DNA of 63,563 nucleotides, filler included, from an uncultured bacterium (GTDB lineage: Bacteria > CAYJOG01), in assembly GCA_964371695.1 (NCBI GenBank). It is 16 parts of 16 records of this genome, joined end to end, with 100 filler letters (N's around TTAATTAATTAA, not from the genome) between each part and the next. Parts side by side here need not be neighbours in the genome. Positions count along the whole stretch, not along the records: positions 51,933 to 55,748 come from CAYJOG010000346.1; positions 55,849 to 59,661 come from CAYJOG010000347.1; positions 59,762 to 63,563 come from CAYJOG010000348.1; 13 more parts are not named here. One strand, 5' to 3'. The position numbers and the translations under genes were made by a program. The first letter of the stretch is position 1, and each line of letters begins with the position of its first letter. Under the pieces are notes generated by a model, which saw only the letters and a list, made by a program, of their open reading frames with translations, was not told the origin of the DNA and did no database searches. This document shows positions 53,940 to 63,563 of the stretch, one piece after another.

Positions 53940-54764
53940 CTACGCCATCCCCTTTCGCCACAGGTTCACCTGACGCAGCACGTCTTCGCGGTGGGTGCGC
54001 TGGTCTTTAAAGCGGCAGCCCCGGCTCACCATGAAGTGGCTCTGGGCATTGCCCCCCAGGCTTTCTATCAGCGTGTCCACCACTTTTTGCGTGTTGAAAA
54101 ACTTGCAACTGAACAGGTCAAAAAACGCCTCGCCGGTTTGGGGAAAAACGTGCAGGCTGATGTGACTCTCGGCGATCATGGTCAGCGCGCTCAGCACCGT
54201 GCCGCCCGCGCCGTCGGGGCTTCTCACCAGAAAGGGCCGCATGATGGGCGTCATGTTCACCCGTTCGGGCAGCTTGTCGAACAGGTCAAACAGGTCGTCC
54301 ATGGTGGTGGGGCCTGTGTAGGGCGAAAAATGCACAAACAGATGTGGACCAAAATCTGCGCCGGGGTCAATCTCGTCTTCTTGCATGAACGCCGGGCCGC
54401 CGCCCGCACCCCGCGACACCGTGTGCGTGGTGACAAACTTGCAGGGGAACATGCCCTCGATTTCGGCCTTGGCCATGTCGGCGCTGAAGTCGCCGGGAGA
54501 AACCAGATCGGCAAACAGGCACTCGGCAAAGCTGAAGGTATGCACCGTGAAATGTCCACCCCTGAGCAGCACAAAGGCGCTGATGCCGCAGTCTTCGGGC
54601 ACCATGCCGTTGTAATAGGGAAACATCACCGGCGGCATCACGGGTTGCAGCCCAAGCTGGCTGGGCAGTTCCTCCATCAGTTCCTGCACCAGCTTGAGAT
54701 CGTCAAACCGGCTGCGGTGGCCATGAAAACCGTCGAATGTGAAATGGGTGAGGGACTGGGACAT
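53940..54764 (-). CDS. Tandem two-domain S-adenosylmethionine-decarboxylase (SpeD/SpeH-fold) family protein
   Basis: C-terminal repeat IAESHISLHVFP..FDLFSC; N-terminal repeat GISAFVLLRGGHFTVHTF..ADLVSP. Confidence 0.8.
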   Translation of the reverse strand: MSQSLTHFTFDGFHGHRSRFDDLKLVQELMEELPSQLGLQPVMPPVMFPYYNGMVPEDCGISAFVLLRGGHFTVHTFSFAECLFADLVSPGDFSADMAKAEIEGMFPCKFVTTHTVSRGAGGGPAFMQEDEIDPGADFGPHLFVHFSPYTGPTTMDDLFDLFDKLPERVNMTPIMRPFLVRSPDGAGGTVLSALTMIAESHISLHVFPQTGEAFFDLFSCKFFNTQKVVDTLIESLGGNAQSHFMVSRGCRFKDQRTHREDVLRQVNLWRKGMA

Positions 54765-54869
54765 GAAGACCTCCTGCGGGGTGAAAAAACAACGCCCGAT
54801 TTTCAGGTCTGCCGGTTAAGGCAAGGTTGCTATGATAAAACGATTCCACCGCTGTACCGGAGGTTCCCC

Positions 54870-55748
54870 ATGACCCGTTTGAGCCGACTTTTCCGCCCCC
54901 TTGTGCCTGCGCTGGCGCTGCCCCTGCTGCTTGTCGCCTGTCAGAAGAAATCGCCCCAGGGCGGCGGGGCGGGCAAGGACACGTTCAAGATCGCCGTGAT
55001 TGTGCCGCTCACCGGCCCCAACGCCGCCACGGGCACCGAAATGAAAAACGCCGTGGAACTGGCGGTGGAAGAGTTCAACCAGGGCGGCGGGGCCGACGGC
55101 GTGAAGGCCGAACTCGTGGCCCGCGACGACAAGGGCGACGCCAAAGAGGGCGTCATCGCCGCCAAGTCGGTGGCGCAGGACACCGCCGTGGCGGGCGTGG
55201 TGGCCCACCTGAACAGCGGCGTGTTTTTTCCTGCTTCCAAGACCTATCACCAGAACGGTCTGGCAGCGGTCAGCCCCGCCACCACCAACCCCGACATCAC
55301 CAAACAGGGGTTCAAGGAAATCTTTCGCGTATGCACCACCGACGCCGTGCAGGGTTCGCTGGCGGCCAAGTTCATCGCCGAAGAACTGAAGGGCAAAAAG
55401 GTGAGCATCCTGCACGACAGCACCCAATACGGTCAGGGGCTGGCCGAGCAGCTCAAGGCGAGCGCCGAGGAACTGGGCCTGACGGTGACGGGTTTTTCGG
55501 GCGTCACGGTGGGCGAGGCGGACTACCGCGGCCCGCTCACGGACATCGCCCGCAATCAGGCCCCGGACGTGCTCTATTTCGGCGGCCTGTATGACGAAGG
55601 GGGCAAGCTGGTGCGGCAATATCGTGAGTTGGGCGGCAAGGCCGTGTTCATGGGGGGAGACGGCATCATGGGCAAGGACTTCACCGACGCCGGGGGCGAG
55701 TCCACCGAGGGGGCCGTGGTGTCGCTGCCGGGCGAACCCATCGAGTCC
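54870..55748 (+). CDS. Branched-chain amino acid ABC transporter substrate-binding lipoprotein (LivJ/LivK-like), 3' truncated
   Basis: Lipobox LVAC; IAVIVPLTG, HLNSG, SPATTNP.IT, YGQGLA, FMGGDG. Confidence 0.92.
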
Positions 55749-55848
55749 NNNNNNNNNNNNNNNNNNNNNNNNNNNNNNNNNNNNNNNNNNNNTTAATTAA
55801 TTAANNNNNNNNNNNNNNNNNNNNNNNNNNNNNNNNNNNNNNNNNNNN

Positions 55849-56781
55849 GTGGTGCGCTGGCGCACGCCGGAACTGGCGGGTGTGCGTTATGACACGGGCA
55901 TCGAAACCGGCAGCGCCATCAGTGTGTTTTATGACCCCATGATCGCCAAGGTGGTGGCCCACGGGGCAAGCCGCGAAGAAGCCACCCGGCGCATGAGCCG
56001 CGCGCTGGAGAATCTCATCTGCGAGGGCCTCACCACCAACCAGGATTTTCTCATTCAGGTGCTGGGCCACGACGAATACGCCGCAGGCAACATCGACACC
56101 CATTTTGTAGACCGCCACTTTCCGCCCCAGGCCCGCCGCCGCGCCGCGCACCCCGACCGCGATTTTGTCCACGCCGCCGCCGCTGCGGTGTTTCTGCACG
56201 AGAACACCCGCACGGCCCGTGCGCTTTTGCCGGGGCTGGCGCCTGCGTTCCGCAACAACCCCTGGCGCTGTCAGGATGTTTCCTTCACCTGGGAAACAGG
56301 CGGCGAAAGCCAGACCCTGCGGGTGGAGTACGACCCCGCGCCGGGGGGCCTGTTTGCCGTGAAGGTGGCGGAGCGCGAGGCCGCCGTGCGGCTGCTGGGC
56401 CGCGAGGGCGAATGTCTGCGCCTGTCGGTGGATGGCCTGAGCCGCACCGTGAGTCTGGCCCACGATGCTGGCCGGGTTTATGTACACAGCGGCCTGGGCA
56501 ACTCCCTCTTCAAAATCGTGCCGCGTTTCCCCGAAGCCGAAGAGGTGGAAGACACCGGCAGTTGCAAGTCGCCCATGCCCGGCAAAATCCTGAGCATTCT
56601 GGTGAAGGAAGGCCAGGCCGTGAAAAAAGGCGACAGCCTGGTGGTGATGGAAGCCATGAAAATGGAGCACACCCTCACCGCCCCGGCAGACGCCACGGTG
56701 AGCGCCGTGCTGGCCCAGGAGGGCCATGTGGTGGAGGCGGGCGTGGACCTGGTGACGCTGGAAGTGGCCGAAGCTTTGTAG
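55849..56781 (+). CDS. Acyl-CoA carboxylase biotin carboxylase/biotin carrier subunit, C-terminal part
   Basis: VRYDTG..YDPMIAK, SPMPGKI and EAMKME biotinylation motif. Confidence 0.92.
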   Translation: MVRWRTPELAGVRYDTGIETGSAISVFYDPMIAKVVAHGASREEATRRMSRALENLICEGLTTNQDFLIQVLGHDEYAAGNIDTHFVDRHFPPQARRRAAHPDRDFVHAAAAAVFLHENTRTARALLPGLAPAFRNNPWRCQDVSFTWETGGESQTLRVEYDPAPGGLFAVKVAEREAAVRLLGREGECLRLSVDGLSRTVSLAHDAGRVYVHSGLGNSLFKIVPRFPEAEEVEDTGSCKSPMPGKILSILVKEGQAVKKGDSLVVMEAMKMEHTLTAPADATVSAVLAQEGHVVEAGVDLVTLEVAEAL

Positions 56782-57024
56782 CCCCGGCGGGCCGCCGGGA
56801 GCCAAAAAGACGCCACCTTTTACCCTCTCCCCGTAAAGGGGAGAGGGTGATGCGAAGCATCGGGTGAGGGGTTCAACATGGAAAAAAATCCAAACAGAAA
56901 TTTGGTTTTTTGACTTTGAACAAACCCCTCACCCGGCCTTCGGCCACCCTCTCCCCGTAAAGGGGAGAGGGTAAAAGGGTGATTTTTTTATTTGGCTGGA
57001 TTCCCGCTTTCGCGGGAATGACGG
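56778..57024. repeat. Mosaic of three palindromic repeat families
   Basis: GTAGCCCCGGCG half (contains the carboxylase TAG stop), two CCCTCTCCCCGTAAAGGG(G)AGAGGG hairpins and a dRS3-like palindrome. Confidence 0.8.
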
Positions 57025-57124
57025 CAGGCGGGCTTTTTTGCCTCGTTGGGGCACCTTTTTCTCCTTTTCTGCATTAATCCTCGTGCGAGTCAGGACGATA
57101 TACCGATGGAGGAGACCGCCACCG

Positions 57125-58168
57125 GTGAAAGTTCTGCCACGCCAACAGTTTGTCCGCTTCGCCAAAGACAGGCATATCCCCGTCGAGGCCCAGTTCGAGG
57201 TCACCAGCCAGTGCCACCTGCACTGCGTCATGTGCATCCGCACCGTGCTGGACAAGCAGCAGGAACTGAGCACCACCGAGGTGAAACAGGCCCTGCGGGA
57301 CATGCGGGACATGGGGGTTTTGCGCATCGGTTACACCGGCGGCGAAATCTTCACCCGCCCCGACATGCTGGAATTGCTGGNNNNNNNNNNTGAACTGGGC
57401 TTCAAGATTGGCCTCATCACCACCGGCACCATGCTGCGCCAGCACCACTATGACCGCCTGGGGGCGCTGCGGGGTCTGGACCGCGTGGGCATCAGTGTCT
57501 ACGCCCTGCGGCCAAAAGTTCACGCCCAGGTGACACAACACGACACCCTGCGCAAAAGTCTTAAAGCTTTGTTCACCTTCAAGGCCATGGGCATTCCCGT
57601 GCGGGTCAACGCCCCGGTCATGACCATTACCCACCGCGACGTGGTGACGCTGAAGCACTTCCTCAAAGAGCGGGGCATCCCGTTTTTTGCCGACATGTCC
57701 GTCACCGCCACCGACCAGGGCGAAAAGTTCCCCCTGCAATATCAGGTGCGGGCCGAGCACTATCCCCGCCTGCTGCCCCTGCTGCAAACCCCGGAGCCTG
57801 GCCCCACCGCCTGCCAGAGCGGCGTGGAAAGCCTGCTGGACCCCCATCCTTTTTGCGGCACGGGGCGCAACCAGTTCGCCATCAGCGCCCACGGCGACCT
57901 TTACCCGTGTAGTATTCTGCGGGTCAAATTCGGCAATCTGCGCGAAACACCCCTCAAAGAGGCCTGGACCAGCTCACCGGCGCTCAAAACGGTGCGCGAA
58001 CACAAGACCACGGAGGTTCTGAACTGCAAAAACTGTGAATATCTCAACAGTTGCCAACTGTGTCTGGGCTTGACCCACCGCCGCACCGGCGACTTCACCG
58101 CGCCTCCTTCTCCTTTTTGTGAAAAAAATCGGGTCCAAGTGGCCGAAATAGAAACAGTCAACGTATAA
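57125..58168 (+). CDS. Radical SAM enzyme with SPASM domain (copy 1)
   Basis: GTG start after GGAGGAG; CHLHCVMC, TGGE; CX12GX4C and CX2CX5CX2CX18C; 10-N gap at 57381-57390. Confidence 0.92.
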   Translation: MKVLPRQQFVRFAKDRHIPVEAQFEVTSQCHLHCVMCIRTVLDKQQELSTTEVKQALRDMRDMGVLRIGYTGGEIFTRPDMLELLXXXXELGFKIGLITTGTMLRQHHYDRLGALRGLDRVGISVYALRPKVHAQVTQHDTLRKSLKALFTFKAMGIPVRVNAPVMTITHRDVVTLKHFLKERGIPFFADMSVTATDQGEKFPLQYQVRAEHYPRLLPLLQTPEPGPTACQSGVESLLDPHPFCGTGRNQFAISAHGDLYPCSILRVKFGNLRETPLKEAWTSSPALKTVREHKTTEVLNCKNCEYLNSCQLCLGLTHRRTGDFTAPPSPFCEKNRVQVAEIETVNV

Positions 58169-58170
58169 CC

Positions 58171-58617
58171 ATGCCTGCCGCCACCACCCATCCCGTGCTT
58201 TGCCCCCCCACCCTGGCGGACAGGCTGCAAGTGGTGTGCCTGAAGGCCACCATGGTGGTGCTGCAGGGGGTTTTGCCCCTCAAGGCCATTTTGTGGCTGC
58301 TGGACAGAGTGCCCCAAAAACGTGAAAAAACCGTGAATTTTCGTGTGCTGGCCCGCAAGGTGAGTTATGTTCAGGGCCTGAAAGACACCCGCCATTACAA
58401 CCGTCTGGTGCGTCTGAACTGCCTCAAGCGCAGCCTCATCACCCTTTATCTGCTGCGCCGCCACGGCGTGCCCGCCCGGTTTCACCTGGGGGTGAACCCC
58501 CGCAAGGCCAAGTTCGCCCACGCCTGGATCGAACGCCCCGTCACGGAGCTGACGCCCCTGTTGGCCCGCTCACAGCGCATTGGCTCGATTTATGCGACCC
58601 TGATGGTCCACGGTTAA
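58171..58617 (+). CDS. Lasso-peptide B2-type leader peptidase (transglutaminase-like, Transglut_core3)
   Basis: NCLKRSL..LLRRHG.P..FHLGV..FAHAWIE signature; 148 aa; no RRE domain. Confidence 0.85.
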   Translation: MPAATTHPVLCPPTLADRLQVVCLKATMVVLQGVLPLKAILWLLDRVPQKREKTVNFRVLARKVSYVQGLKDTRHYNRLVRLNCLKRSLITLYLLRRHGVPARFHLGVNPRKAKFAHAWIERPVTELTPLLARSQRIGSIYATLMVHG

Positions 58618-58621
58618 GGCC

Positions 58622-59656
58622 ATGAAAATCATCGGCGCCGAAAACCTGCCGTCGTTCCTCAAGAGCCGCCGTGTGCCTTCCACCGCCCAGCTTGAGCTGA
58701 CCAGCCAGTGCCACCTCACCTGCCCCCACTGCAAATCGGTGGTACACGACAAACACGAGGAACTCGACACGGAACAATGGATCAACCTGTTTGGCCAGTT
58801 GCGCCAACTGGGCACCACGGCGCTCACCCTCACGGGGGGGGAAATCTTTCTGCGCCCCGACCTGCTGGACCTGTGCGACGCCGCCGACGGCATGGGCTTC
58901 AAGCTCACCCTGTTCAGCACCGCCACGCTCATGAATCCCCAGCGGGTGGAACGCCTGAAGCGCCTGAAAAACCTGCGGCGGTTTGCGGTGAGTTTTTATG
59001 CCCTGCGCCCCCACGCCCATCAGGCCGTCACCCAGGCGGACACCTTCAAGAAGTCCCTCAGCAACTTGCTGTGGATGCGCCGCGAGGGCCTGCCCGCCGA
59101 AGCCCAGACCATTCTGCTGAACCCGACCTGGCGCGACATCATGGTGCTCAAGTCGTTTTTCACCGAGCGGGACATCCCCTTTCGTCAAAGTCTGGTGGTG
59201 TATCCCCGCGACGACGGCAACCTGGCCACCCGCGACATGGCGGCCCCCACCAGCGTCATCGCCCACCTCTCGCGCAGCCTCAAACCCTGGCAGGAACAGG
59301 CCTTTGACTGCGGCGGAACCGACCCGGACGGCCCCATCTGCTCGGTGGGCCGCACGGTGGTGGCCATCACGGCGCGGGGTGAGTATCTGCCCTGCCCCTC
59401 GTTCCGCCACCCTTTTGGTGACATTTTTGAAGGGGATTTGCCAACCCTGTGGAAGAATGGAACAGAGATGCAGCGCATTTTGGGATTGAGAAAAAACCAG
59501 ACCGTGTGCCACACCTGCAACGAAAGCAGCGCCTGTTTTCATTGTCCGGGTCTGGCGCTGGCCGAGGCGGGCAACCAACTGGACGCGATCACCTATCCCA
59601 AAGCCGCCTGCGAAGTCACCTATGCCAGAAAGAGAGGAGCGACCATTGGCCGGTAA
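58622..59656 (+). CDS. Radical SAM enzyme with SPASM domain (copy 2)
   Basis: CHLTCPHC, TGGE; CX12GX4C and CX2CX5CX2CX21C. Confidence 0.92.
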   Translation: MKIIGAENLPSFLKSRRVPSTAQLELTSQCHLTCPHCKSVVHDKHEELDTEQWINLFGQLRQLGTTALTLTGGEIFLRPDLLDLCDAADGMGFKLTLFSTATLMNPQRVERLKRLKNLRRFAVSFYALRPHAHQAVTQADTFKKSLSNLLWMRREGLPAEAQTILLNPTWRDIMVLKSFFTERDIPFRQSLVVYPRDDGNLATRDMAAPTSVIAHLSRSLKPWQEQAFDCGGTDPDGPICSVGRTVVAITARGEYLPCPSFRHPFGDIFEGDLPTLWKNGTEMQRILGLRKNQTVCHTCNESSACFHCPGLALAEAGNQLDAITYPKAACEVTYARKRGATIGR

Positions 59657-59761
59657 AAAACNNNNNNNNNNNNNNNNNNNNNNNNNNNNNNNNNNNNNNN
59701 NNNNNTTAATTAATTAANNNNNNNNNNNNNNNNNNNNNNNNNNNNNNNNNNNNNNNNNNNN

Positions 59762-60587
59762 GGCCCAGACCGTCTTTCAGGGCGGTAATGTGTTCCTGCC
59801 GAAGCGCCCCCGAAAGGTGGGTGAACAACCCTTTGGTGCGGTCGATGAGGGGAAAAAACGGGTTGGCCGGGTCATCCGTCACCACAAAAGGTCGGCCCGA
59901 GAGCCGCAGCACAGCGCGGTCCTCAGACGGATTTTTCACCTCCGCCGCAAAAGCCACCCGCACGGGTTCGTCCAGCGCCAGGGCCTCGCTTTCCCAAAAC
60001 TCGCCGGGCTTCAGCCAGCGGTCCAGGCGCTCGCGGGGGCGCTCCCCCGCGCTGGGGTGGCCCAGGCTCACCCAGCGCAGCAGCACCGGCGCATTGTCGC
60101 GCCACAGATTGCGTTTTTCGGGGGCCTCCAGCCGCAGATCGCTGAAGTGGGCCACGGTGGCCTCGAGGGCGGTTTCGGTGTCCATGCCGGGCGGGGGTTT
60201 CCAGCCGCCATAGGCAGGCGTGGTGGCGGCCCCCAGGTTGAACTCCGCCAGCGGCTCAAAAGCCTGCTGGGGGTCGCGGGCAAGGGTGGCGTATTGATAA
60301 ATTCCCTCGCCCTCTGGCCCCCGCAGGGCAAACAGCACCTCGCGCAAAAGCCCCTGGGCCTCGCGGAAGTCCAGATTCACGGACTCCATCGTCAGGCGCT
60401 TTTCCAGCGCGCCCATGGCCCGGCGGGCACTGCGCAAAATGGCCCGGTCCTGAGGGGTGGCGGCCACGATGACGGGCAGCGGCCCGCCGGTGGAACCGGC
60501 TCCCGGCGGCGGCGGCAGAGCGGTGTGGGCGGGGGTGACGAGCACGACGCAGAGCAACGCCGACAACGGCCAGATTTTAGGTTTCAT
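59762..60587 (-). CDS. Secreted hypothetical protein, 3' truncated
   Basis: Signal peptide MKPKIW..AHTA; frame open to the contig end. Confidence 0.6.
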
Positions 60588-60652
60588 TCACCAATTGTTG
60601 GCAAGGGAGACCAATGTGTAAAGGTGTTTCAGCACGTTATTACAATGGTCTG

Positions 60653-61306
60653 ATGCCTTTCTCCATCGTGGACTACCACCCCCGTTACCGGGACGGTGTG
60701 CATCACGTGGCCTGCGAAACAGCCCACTTCGGCAAACCCATGTCCACTGGGTTTGGCCAGGACCGCCTGCTGGTGGCCACCTATGCCGTGGACCTTTACC
60801 TGAGCCGCCACCCCGACCTGACGCGAGTGGTGGTGGACGAGCAGGATGGCGTGTTCGGTTACATCACGGGCACCCCCGACACCAGCGCCTACGACGCCTT
60901 CAACAGTCGCACGTTTCCCCAGCGGGTGTGGAAAGGCGTGCGCACCGGCAACATGAACCTGGGGCCGGAAGACCTCAAGCTGGGCCTGGGGTTTTTGGGA
61001 TTCCTGCTGCTGGGGCCGGTGATAAAACCTGCTGAAATCAGCGAGTACCCGGCCCACCTGCACATCAACCTGCTGGCCCCCACACGGGGTCAGGGCCTGG
61101 GGCGCAGGCTCATCAATATTTACGAAGACCTTTTGCGACAGCGGGGCGTGAAGGGACTGCATCTGGTGACCAGTTCGCTCAACGAAGGCGCGGACGCTTT
61201 TTATGCCGCCACGGGGTTTGACCTGCTGCGCCGTTTTCCCGTGCCCGCCGTGCCCTGGCTGAACCCCAAAGCCATGGACATGCTGGTGTATGCCAAAAGG
61301 CTGTAA
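60653..61306 (+). CDS. GNAT-family N-acetyltransferase
   Basis: YPAHLHINLL..RGQGLGRRL, GLHL..N.GA.AFY..GF. Confidence 0.9.
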   Translation: MPFSIVDYHPRYRDGVHHVACETAHFGKPMSTGFGQDRLLVATYAVDLYLSRHPDLTRVVVDEQDGVFGYITGTPDTSAYDAFNSRTFPQRVWKGVRTGNMNLGPEDLKLGLGFLGFLLLGPVIKPAEISEYPAHLHINLLAPTRGQGLGRRLINIYEDLLRQRGVKGLHLVTSSLNEGADAFYAATGFDLLRRFPVPAVPWLNPKAMDMLVYAKRL

Positions 61307-61361
61307 CCCGCCCACGGGAAGCAAGCGTTTTCCTTCAGCTTCGAACGCTTTAGTCTTCTGT

Positions 61362-61512
61362 CAGGTTGTTGAAAAAGTCCCTCCTGAACTTTTTCAACCG
61401 GTTTCGCTTGGGCAAAGCCCGCGCAAAACCACGCTTTTGCTGGGGGGTTAAAAAACCCCCAGCAAGCGGAAAATCCGTCCTTGGATTTTTCAGGGCGTTT
61501 ATCAACACCCTG
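61362..61512. mobile_element. MITE of the CAGG(G/T)TGTTGA family, upstream of metG
   Basis: TIR CAGGTTGTTGAAAAA / TTTATCAACACCCTG; internal hairpin TTGCTGGGGG..CCCCCAGCAA. Confidence 0.7.
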
Positions 61513-61513
61513 C

Positions 61514-61519
61514 TATGGT
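61514..61519 (+). promoter_or_regulatory. Extended -10 element (TG-C-TATGGT) 6 nt before the metG ATG; example of a leaderless promoter
   Basis: No SD sequence; the same geometry occurs at nine other gene starts. Confidence 0.6.
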
Positions 61520-61522
61520 TAG

Positions 61523-63469
<1,947 letters not shown>

Positions 63470-63563
63470 CGGGGCTGCTTATCCGCCGTCATTACCGCCA
63501 AAGCGGGGATCCAGGTGAAACAAAAGTATCACACTTTTTTATGTTTTATTTAAGTTGGGGGGG

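Noticed and set aside
57106-57200. Alternative-frame peptide MEETATGESSATPTVC as the RiPP precursor
   Set aside because: It overlaps the rSAM RBS and coding start, has no nearby stop and shows no lasso-like leader motif.
3950-59761. Regularly spaced TTAATTAATTAA repeat every ~4 kb
   Set aside because: It is an artificial six-frame-stop linker padded with Ns. The spacing reflects length-sorted contigs, and ORFs ending in X..LIN are artefacts.

Overview
This window is not one continuous locus. It is 16 short contigs (3.80-3.95 kb, in decreasing length order) from a high-GC diderm bacterium, joined by 100-nt spacers (N44-TTAATTAATTAA-N44), so gene neighbourhood is meaningful only within a contig. 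Most genes are housekeeping or envelope/signalling genes: neuA-neuB plus a TIM-barrel gene, sufCDSU, rph, ruvA, purF, metG, pilMNO, motAB, PBP1A, cheA/cheW/MCP, HD-GYP, PAS-GGDEF-EAL, GH38 mannosidase and several large secreted proteins. The strongest candidate for an undescribed system is a compact operon at 57125-59656, where a lasso-peptide B2-type (transglutaminase-like) peptidase sits between two paralogous radical SAM/SPASM enzymes. No lasso cyclase is visible, which suggests a non-lasso RiPP pathway cut off by the contig end. Other notable signals: a tandem-duplicated AdoMet-decarboxylase-like protein whose N-terminal copy lacks the catalytic motif; a repeated (T/C/A)AnnnT-N6-start pattern implying leaderless transcription; a three-layer nested MITE with a target-site duplication; and a REP doublet apparently read in frame inside a signal peptide. 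About ten in-frame premature stops look like base-calling errors rather than genetic-code reassignment.
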